Under the pieces are notes generated by a model. It was not told where the DNA came from. It searched no databases and was given only the letters and a program-made list of their open reading frames with translations. Below are positions 54,601-64,000 of a stretch of 64,000 nucleotides of DNA, piece by piece. This stretch comes from Octopus sinensis (lineage: Eukaryota): the NCBI RefSeq assembly GCF_006345805.1, contig NC_043006.1, forward strand, positions 10,292,001 to 10,356,000, in the 5' to 3' direction. How positions within the stretch are numbered: position 1 is the first letter of the stretch; each line of letters begins with the position of its first letter. The translations under genes and the position numbers were made by a program.

Positions 54601-54907
54601 TAATATGATTTGGCTTCGTTTTGAATTCAAAAAAATAAATATTGTTATTTTACTTGAACAACGTACGCCAATTTGCACTTAGCTCAGATTCCATTATAAG
54701 TATGTTGACTTGTTTTGGCCAAATAAACGCAAGCATTACAATTAAGTGTAATTCTAGCTTTAACGCTACTACGTCCATTAGAAGTTTAATGTGTAGGCAC
54801 TGAATATTTCAAGAGTGAGAACATCGAAGACTAGCTTCTTATTCTAAACAAGGATGTTGTATTACAAAATATTACATATAACTAGTAACATACAGACTTA
54901 CATACAT

Positions 54908-56250
54908 ATTTCTTTATTACCCACAAGGGGCTAAACATAGAGGGGACAAACAAAGACAGACATAGGTATTAAGTCGATTACATCGACCCCCAGTGCGTAA
55001 CTGGTACTTAATTTATCGACCCCGAAAGGATGAAAGGCAAAGTCAACCTCGGCGGAATTTGAACTCACAACGTAACGACAGACGAAATACCTATTTCTTT
55101 ATTACCCACAAGGGGCTAAACATAGAGGAGACAAACAAGGACAGACATAGGCATTAAGTCGATTACATCGACCCCCAGTGCGTAACTGGTACTTAATTTA
55201 TCGACCCCGAAAGGATGAAAGGCAAAGTCAACCTCGGCGGAATTTGAACTCACAACGTAACGACAGACGAAATACCTATTTCTTTATTACCCACAAGGGG
55301 CTAAACATAGAGGGGACAAACAAGGACAGACATAGGCATTAAGTCGATTACATCGACCCCCAGTGCGTAACTGGTACTTAATTTATCGACCCCGAAAGGA
55401 TGAAAGGCAAAGTCAACCTCGGCGGAATTTGAACTCACAACGTAACGACAGACGAAATACCTATTTCTTTATTACCCACAAGGGGCTAAACATAGAGGAG
55501 ACAAACAAGGACAGACATAGGCATTAAGTCGATTACATCGACCCCCAGTGCGTAACTGGTACTTAATTTATCGACCCCGAAAGGATGAAAGGCAAAGTCA
55601 ACCTCGGCGGAATTTGAACTCACAACGTAACGACAGACGAAATACCTATTTCTTTATTACCCACAAGGGGCTAAACATAGAGGAGACAAACAAGGACAGA
55701 GATAAGCATTAAGTCGATTACATCGACCCCCAGTGCGTAACTGGTACTTAATTTATCGACCCCGAAAGGATGAAAGGCAAAGTCAACCTCGGCGGAATTT
55801 GAACTCACAACGTAACGACAGACGAAATACCTATTTCTTTATTACCCACAAGGCGCTAAACATAGAGGAGACAAACAAGGACAGACATAGGTATTAAGTC
55901 GATTACATCGACCCCCAGTGCGTAACTGGTACTTAATTTATCGACCCCGAAAGGATGAAAGGCAAAATCAACCTCGGCGGAATTTGAACTCACAACGTAA
56001 CGACAGACGAAATACCTATTTCTTTATTACCCACAAGGGGCTAAACACAGAGGGGACAAACAAGGACAGACATAGGTATTAAGTCGATTACATCGACCCC
56101 CAGTGCGTAACTGGTACTTAATTTATCGACCCCGAAAGTATGAAAGGCAAAGTCAACCTCGGCGGAATTTGAACTCACAACGTAACGACAGACGAAATAC
56201 CGCTAAGCATTTCGCCCGGCGCGCTCACTTTTCTGCCAGCTCTCCGCCTT
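54908..56250 (-). repeat. Tandem array of 7 x 185-bp Nin-type SINE body units with one head
   Basis: Unit starts (ATTTCTTTATTAC) at 54908, 55093, 55278, 55463, 55648, 55833 and 56018, exactly 185 apart. Head at 56201-56250, with CTTACATACATA at both flanks. Confidence 0.95.
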
Positions 56251-56272
56251 ACATACATACATGTGTGTGCGT

Positions 56273-56640
56273 ATTCTTTTGTTCTTCTATATGTTTCAAG
56301 AATATGACTGCGGTCATGCAGGAACAATGCCTTCAAAGCGTTTTAGTCAAAGAAATCAACCCCAGGACCCGTTCTTTGTACGCTTATTACTTACTCTATC
56401 GCCCCATTTTGCCGAAACGGTAAGGTATGGGAGCATAAACACTCCAGCATCGGTTTTCAAACGATGGTGGGTGGGGGGGGAAAACACAGACACACAAACA
56501 GTTATTTATGCACACACACACACACACAGGTGTTCCTTTCAGTCTCCGTCTACCAAATCGACTCACAAGACTGTGGTCGCTCCGAGGCTACAGTGGAAAC
56601 CATTTTGTAAGCTTCTTAGCACACAGCCACGTCTGTACCT
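56273..56640 (-). mobile_element. Diverged CORE-type SINE
   Basis: Matches the family on minus, with a deletion near the head. Confidence 0.78.
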
Positions 56641-56650
56641 CTTTATTCAT

Positions 56651-56753
<103 letters not shown>

Positions 56754-56936
56754 ATATAAATAATAAATATTAGGGAATAAATCCAAATTTACAGGGAAAA
56801 AATCAGATTTAGGATTAAATCGATTTTATAGTAAAATATCATAAAATATTATTCGAGACAAAACCACTATTTTGCAAAACAAACAAGGAAAGACCTAATC
56901 AATACATAAAATTTTAATAAATAGTCAAAAAAACCG

Positions 56937-56979
56937 CCACTACAATCGTTTCTTGTCTTGATCGACAATCTTCAGGTGG
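56937..56979 (-). ncRNA. Type I hammerhead ribozyme, intact core (minus strand)
   Basis: Exact reverse complement of 57030-57072. Confidence 0.85.
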
Positions 56980-57029
56980 ACTTCCAATAATTCAGTGTCT
57001 TCATAATTTGACACTGAATTATTGGAAGT

Positions 57030-57072
57030 CCACCTGAAGATTGTCGATCAAGACAAGAAACGATTGTAGTGG
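57030..57072 (+). ncRNA. Type I hammerhead ribozyme, intact core
   Basis: CCAC-CTGAAGA-TTGTC-GATCAA-GACAA-GAAA-CGATTG-TA|GTGG; predicted cleavage after A57068. Confidence 0.88.
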
Positions 57073-57170
57073 CGGTTTTTTTGACTATTTATTAAAATTT
57101 TATGTATTGATTAAGTCTTTCCTTGTTTGTTTTGCAAAATAGTGGTTTTGTCTCGAATAATATTTTATAT

Positions 57171-57214
<44 letters not shown>

Positions 57215-57724
57215 TACACTTTCACAGAGACAAACACTCACAAACACACTCAAACACACATTAGCATACCTTGACACAGACATATTTATACGCTCACCAG
57301 AGAAACTATAATCGTAACATACATCGTAGAAACGCAGTCTGTTCCTATATAGTGAGAGATTTTATTAAATCAACACGTTAGGTTCCATTTCCGAAAGTAT
57401 TCTAGACCCAGAGAATAATGCCGTGTTGCTATTTGAATTGATTTGATTATCCTACATTTTTTTTATTGTCATCAAATACTTTTACTACTACAAGTAGCAA
57501 TGATTAAGTGTTCATCTTTTGTGTCCTAGTGATGTCTTTTTGATGTTAGTTTGGTGTGTATTGAGCTCAAAGAATATGAATAAACTCACAAAGTATTATT
57601 TCTTTTCGTCAAAGTAGAAGAAATACGCCTTACTACATACGGAGAAATGTACACACTTTATCGTGAAATAATATACGACAGGAGAATATATCAACTGCTT
57701 CAAGCATCGTAAATCATAAATATT

Positions 57725-57930
57725 TTTTCTGAATTTGGCACAAGACCAGCAATTTTGAGAGGGGGCAGCAAGTTAGTTAAATCGGCCCCCTTTACTTCAC
57801 AAGTACTATATTTATTATTGACCCTGAATGGAAGAATGTCAAAGGTGACCTCAGCCGTTTTGAACTCAGAACAAAAAGAACAATCGGAAATTCTGGTGTT
57901 TTGCCCAATGCTCTAATAGTTCTGTTAATG
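57725..57930 (-). mobile_element. Old Nin/Deu-type SINE relic (another at ~58610-58810)
   Basis: TTTGGCACAAGACCAGCAATT tail B, and ATTGACCCTGAA...AAAGGTGACCTCAGC..TTTGAACTCAGAAC. Confidence 0.6.
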
Positions 57931-59631
57931 TGTATTGTTAAAATGGTACTATAGAATATAATTAGGAGTCTATAGATTTACTTAGTCATTTGTGTTTGAA
58001 CCATTGACATTTCGTACGGTAGCACGTAACCCTATCGATTCAAGGAAGTATGGTTCTTTCTGTACTCTGTAAAAGATATATGCATTACTGATCTAAAGAG
58101 TATAAATTACTGACCTAAGTAACAACAGAAACGAACAGAAACGAAAGAAAATTGAAAGGAAATAATATACATAAGAGAAGACATAAAATTAGAAAGCGGG
58201 AGGTAAAAAATAGAGGATCGATCAAGTGATAAAGTGATATTGTAAAGAAGATAAAATAAAAAGAAAATAAACAACTAAAAATATAAATATCCGTTATTTA
58301 GTAATTTATGACAAGCAGAGCAATGCATAGTTTACTTTTAATACCAGAGCACAGCTGTTTATATAGATGTAATATTCCAATAAGAACCGAATTGAAATGA
58401 TGGCTTTTTCTTTTCGTTCTTTTTTTTTAAATCTTTTTTTCTATATCTTATAAATCTCCATTATTCTACTGTTATTAACACCTCCTTTGCCGTGTCTGCA
58501 ACCAAAACTGTACATGTTTTCAGCTACTTCACACTGCCAAAGAGTGTTGGGAAAGTATTCCCTGGTTTCGAGTTGACAAACTATATCGGAAGATATTTGC
58601 GAAGTAATCGTTTCTAGCAAAAGCACGATGCCAAAATGTTAAAGGCTGGAGGCTTGTAGAATTTGTGAACACGATGCTTGATTGGTACCTATGTCTTCGA
58701 TCCGTAATGTATGAAAGACAAAGTCGATCTCGGTTGAATCTAAACTCAGAGCACAAAGACAGACAAAATTCCTGGTGTAATAAGGATCCTGTCAGCTCGC
58801 CACTTTAATTTGAGCAAATAAATACATATATTCAATAATAATATAAGCTCTGATATCTTCCTCGGGTTTAAATTCCCAAATCACTCCACTTTCTACGGCA
58901 ATATGTTTGAGCTAAACAAAAAACATAATGTCAAAGTTCACATTTACTATATTGAGAAGAGCTTTATAACAACATTACTGATGTGGATTATCAACGTCCA
59001 AAACTATAGGATTATTTCCTATACTTATAATTGAACAAAGAACACATAACCGTCCACTGCAATACTAATAATCACAGGCGAAAATTACAGTTAGATAGAC
59101 TGACTAAACATGTGTTGAACAGACATTCACACGTGTTGCACACACTTCAAGATAAATACATTTTGAGTTTAGAGGAGAAATACAGTATTATTCACAGGCT
59201 TGTCGCTAACTTCATCTTTGATAATTATATCTCAGAATGGTGTGATGAGTAGAACTTGAAAGCACTTTAGCTTATACAATTACTCAGTAGCAGTGTGTTA
59301 GTTATTATAAAACATTATCTTTTTATGGCAAATTCAATTGTGACCACCAGAACAGATTAGGCTATTTTTTAAATTCTGCTCAGAAACAACCAACAAGTAG
59401 AGAGTTGTGTTAAGGGACACCCTCATATACATGCACAAACGTATGCAGACACATGTTTTTATAGCGATATATATTTATTTTTTCTATCCTTCATTGCTTC
59501 ATATAGTAGTATATTTATAGATGGTTTGATAGTGAGTCTACACTTGATTTCTGATAGTCCATTTTCAGAATATTCCGTCTATCAATTCAGTTGACATATT
59601 CACTATTTGCGAAGATGAATAGGAAACATAA

Positions 59632-59632
59632 G

Positions 59633-59728
<96 letters not shown>

Positions 59729-59730
59729 CA
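59632..59730. repeat. (GATA)n microsatellite
   Basis: Direct reading. Confidence 0.95.
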
Positions 59731-60432
59731 GAAAACATTCACACACGTGTTTGTGCATATATGTATGTATCTACGTATCATTATGAATGAATAATTGTAT
59801 GAATGTATGTATGTATGTATGTATGTATGCATGTATGTATGTATGTATGTATGTATAACTAGCGATTGAATTCTGAGTAAATAAATGTTCTGAATATATT
59901 TTCTCTATAATTATGTAAGTTGTGTGAAAAATCATGTCTGCAATTTATTTAAATATAACAAAGAATCTAGATAATATAGAAGAATGAGTCATCTAAACAG
60001 AGAATTAAGCACGTGCCCCATCATGATTATTCATATCATTGAAAAACAACATATGGTTTCTTCAGAGGTAAGAATTTAAAATATCATATGATCAATGAGA
60101 TGTTTGTGAATATTCGATTTGAAAATAGCTTCAAATACGCATCGATACATATATAAATAGGAAAGGTTTATCTTGTTAAATAAAACCATTTGGATATTTA
60201 ATCTGTTTGTTCGTTTCAGAGAATCCGGACGTGTATACAATAGACAATGTACTTTGGGCGTTGTTACATAAGCGAAGGAAATACCTTCTTTTATGTTACA
60301 TTGCGACTCTCTGCGCACGGAACATAAACATCGCCAAGAAGAAGATTACCTTACATGTTTACAGAAATCGGTAAATAAATGGTCAGTCGAGAGCAAGAAA
60401 TTGGTGGATTTCTTAGTGGATAAAAAGGGATA

Positions 60433-60657
60433 ACTCTGGAAATTGTTGTAGAGCTGAAAACGAGGTAATTTCTACTCTTCTCCTCTGGAAGCCATCTGCA
60501 CGCGATACCAGAGGGCGCACACTCTCCTACCCTGATGTAATCTCTAGGGATACAGGCATCCAGCAACAGGTCCTCCATAATGCTATGATTGACCATGAGG
60601 TCTGGCGTAACATAGTAAATTGCATTGTCTCGACCACGGTCGAACAATGAATGAATA
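60433..60657 (+). mobile_element. 3' end of an RTE-like LINE with (TGAA)n tail
   Basis: Plus frame CCRAENEVISTLLLWKPSARDTRGRTLSYPDVISRDTGIQQQVLHNAMIDHEVWRNIVNCIVSTTVEQ*, followed by TGAATGAAT. Confidence 0.65.
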
Positions 60658-61111
60658 ACTCTTAAAAATCACCTCCGATTTTTTGCGTCGTCAGTTTCGC
60701 AATGTTACCGGTAGTCACGATGGTCATTTAAGTGGACACCAACGTACTGGGTCTTTTATTCAGGAACAGATCGGCAACGAACGATGGGAATTCTGTAATG
60801 ACTACGAAGTTAACTTCAAATTATCCGTATCAATAGTACATCTCGTCCGTCGCGAATATGTTCTCCTCTCCCTCTAGCTTGTATGGCTAAAAGGACTGTT
60901 TTCTTCTCACGTCATAAACGTTCTCAAAACATACAACCGTGACAAGAAGTCACTGAAAACGAGTAGATGTGAAATCTTATGTAAATACTAATTATTCAGT
61001 TCCAATAATCGATAAGGTTGATTGATACAATCGATACGGTAACAAGGAATAATATGAATCTACATTAGCGTGGCGTCTCTAATTCAGCTGATTAAACGAC
61101 ATTTCTTCGAG

Positions 61112-61646
61112 AATTTAAATCATTATTGATGCTTGAAAAGATCCTAAAATCATCGCTCATATATTTTTAAAGTATTGGCCACTTTGTTCCCTACCTGATA
61201 GGGTTTGGGTTAGCACAGCTGGGTTATATATCTGCCCAGTCAAGGCTGACCTTCCATTAAGTAGCAACAACGTTCAACCATGACAGGTATCAGCATTATC
61301 TTTTCTTACAAAAGCTATGGGAAACTTTATGATATGGAGCATTGCACGAGATATTATTCCAATCATAACATGATAATCAATAATAATTATCTGGAAAACA
61401 TCCCCATATATCTGTTTTAACATAGTATGAAGTATAAGTGAGTAAAATAAAAGTTTGTCAAATAATGTATTAATATTACAGATATATTTCAACGATTTTC
61501 AACCAAATGTTTTTTTTCACACAAGAAGAGAGAGGAATTTCTAAAACAGTAAAATTGATTGTTGGATTCCTTAAATTTGAATTATCAGAAACCATTATTG
61601 ATTCTATGAGGCTATATGAAACTCAGAAAATCATGCAATGCGATTC

Positions 61647-61714
<68 letters not shown>

Positions 61715-61774
61715 TATATATATGTAGGTATATATATGTATTCATGTATATACATATGCATACATACATGCATA

Positions 61775-61833
<59 letters not shown>

Positions 61834-62330
61834 CACTTATGAAAGCATAAATGTTTTCTTATGCTTTACCAATTCGGTACTGAATTACTTGGATGTCTGC
61901 ATTCTCATTTCCTTATCTTCCGGTAGCAGTAATCGAACCAGTGTAATGTAATGCCATTACAAGATAATGTAAGCCAATCTAGAATTTAAATTCTTGAAAT
62001 GGTAATTCCAAACTAGACAGCAATATCACTTTAATGCTACGTTCAATAAAAATAATAAGACCGAACTGAAGCACTTGTAATTAGTAGCAGTATCTGCTAG
62101 AAACAAACCAAGATATGTTGACCTCTTTATCATGTCTGCACAAAAGAGGAATAAAGTGATTTAGAAATAGGACAAATTCTCTTCATCATGCAAAACCTTG
62201 ATCAAGATTGATATATTACCCAGCTGTGCTAACACAAACTCTGTCAGGTAGGGGACAAAGTTGCCAATACTTTAAAAATATATGAGCGATGATTTTAGGA
62301 TCTTTTCAAGCATCAATAATGATTTAAGTT
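61112..62330. mobile_element. Unclassified non-autonomous element with ~120-bp terminal inverted repeats
   Basis: 61112-61232 is the reverse complement of 62210-62330, with about 8 substitutions. The interior is non-coding with a (TA)n tract. Confidence 0.7.
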
Positions 62331-63496
62331 AGCGACAAGCCTGTGAATAATACTGTATTTCTCCTCTAAACTCAAAATTTATTTATCTTGAAGTGTGTGC
62401 AACACATGTGAATGCCTGTCCAACACATGTTTAGTCAGTCTATCTAACTGTGATTTTCGCCTGTGATTATTTGTATTGCTAGATATGAAATTTCAGATGT
62501 CCTATAAAAAGAATCAGAGTTGGCGATTACGATCTATTTAATTTAATAGAAAGTATACTATATACAAGGTGTACGTTATGGGTATATATAATTTAATTTC
62601 AAAAGTAGGTCGTTTAGATGTAATCATGCTTATATCGTCATTAACCACGTCAACAAAAGGTGTCTTTATGTGGTCACTTGTCCTTCAAGAGGTAACAGTC
62701 AAATCTCCCAGTAACCACAACGCTTGCTCTCTTAAATATAGAAGTTTGCATTTGATAATGTTGTACAAGATTTACATTAAGATAGACAGCCATGTATAAC
62801 GGATATTTACACAACACGAACGAGGAGGTGCATTTATGAATATCATCGAATAAGATATATTTATGTGAGGTAAGAGATTAATTAAATTACTAAATGTAAT
62901 TCATCGTATGCACTTATTTCATTGTTCGTGAGTCAAGAACTGGCAAGACAATGTAAGAGAGCTAATATCTTAGAGAAGTAAATATTTCAAGCTTGTATTC
63001 ATATATATTAAATATATTACAGTTACAGACATGCAATATTAGTTAGTGGATCTGATATTTTTCCCTACGTTTGTACAGTCCTTTACACTATTATGAAACG
63101 CCATCAACAGCTCAAACCGAGAAGATCAAATGCTATTAGTAGTGATATAACACAAAATAAATCCTACATAAAATATCGTTAATTCAAATACAAGCCTAAG
63201 AATCATTTAGAAATTAGCGTCACTTTTGACAATAAGTATATACTGCTAGAATCATATACTATAAACTTCCAAGTCAGTTCGGTTTGATTTATTGCACTGA
63301 AAGAAGTGAGAGTCTCATATGTGAGCGGATAACTGCGTGATGCTTGCTTTAGACAGAATAAAATATGAGCCTCTAACCATAACTCATTGTACATTAATAT
63401 CTGTCCAATAACATAAAATTTATTTGGAAATTACACCAGTAGAATGAGCATCCAAACAAAACTATTTACTTCTTCAGAAATATATACGCCTTGAAG

Positions 63497-64000
63497 TTGG
63501 AGAGCTGACAGAAACGTTAGCACGCCGGGCGAAATGCTTAGCGGTATTTCGTCTGCTGCTACGTTCTGAGTTCAAATTCCACCGAGGTCGACTTTGCTTT
63601 TCAGCCTTTCGGGGTCGATAAACTAACTACCAGTTACGCACAGGCGTTGATGTAATCGGCTTAATCTGTTTGTCTATCCTTGTTTGTCCTCTCTGTGTTT
63701 AGCCCCTTGTGGGTAGTAAAGAAATAGGTATTTCGTCTGCCGCTACGTTCTGGGGTCGATATAATCGACTTGATCCGTTTGTCTGTCCTTGTTTGTCTCC
63801 TCTGTTTGTAGCCCCCTGTAGGCAGTAAAGAAATCAGAAACGTTAGCACGCCGGGCGAAATGCTAGGCGGTATTTCGTCTGCGTTACGTTGTGAGTTCAA
63901 ATTCCGCCGGGGTCGACTTTGCCTTTCATCCTTTCGGGGTCGATAAATTAAGTACCAGTTACGCACTGGGGTCGATGTAATCGACTTCATACCTATGTCT
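63497..64000 (+). mobile_element. Nin/Deu-type SINE cluster (head, unit, deleted unit, second head and unit)
   Basis: Junction AAAGAAATAG|GTATTTCGTCTG at ~63720; second head begins at ~63836. Confidence 0.88.

Larger units (their letters stand above)
56759..57168. mobile_element. Non-coding fold-back element with hammerheads on both strands, copy 2
   Basis: Leader 56759-56840, then arms 56841-56999 and 57010-57168 (159 bp, 1 mismatch) around a 10-nt loop; (TA)n flanks. Confidence 0.92.

Noticed and set aside
54908-56202. CRISPR-like or ribozyme-bearing interpretation of the 185-bp array
   Set aside because: There are no unique spacers, the context is eukaryotic, and units are SINE bodies. 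I found no CTGANGA...GAAA core on either strand of the unit, so it cannot be called a retrozyme from sequence alone.

Overview
AT-rich, repeat-dense eukaryotic DNA in which I cannot support any host protein-coding gene. The SINE, LINE and microsatellite repertoire resembles an Octopus-type cephalopod genome (inference). Most supplied ORFs are microsatellite or antisense artefacts. Recognisable content: three R4/Dong-type RLE LINEs associated with (TAA)n, CR1- and RTE-like LINE fragments, an internally deleted Ty3/Gypsy element, several mariner/Tc1/pogo relics and a MITE, two SINE superfamilies (CORE-type and Nin/Deu-domain-type), and a Penelope-like element (RT + GIY-YIG) with a ~795-bp inverted terminal duplication. 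The most striking unexplained structure is a set of minimal type I hammerhead ribozyme (HHR) motifs from several unrelated repeat families. The best examples are two copies of a ~400-bp non-coding fold-back element embedded in (TA)n. The copy at 56759-57168 is a 159-bp-arm palindrome with an intact HHR on each strand. The copy at 45951-46342 displays its HHR in the loop of a ~90-bp hairpin, and its stem II covaries with the first copy. A 7x185-bp head-to-tail SINE-body array flanked by a single target-site duplication (54897-56259) is also notable. All coordinates were read by eye; ribozyme activity and novelty are untested.
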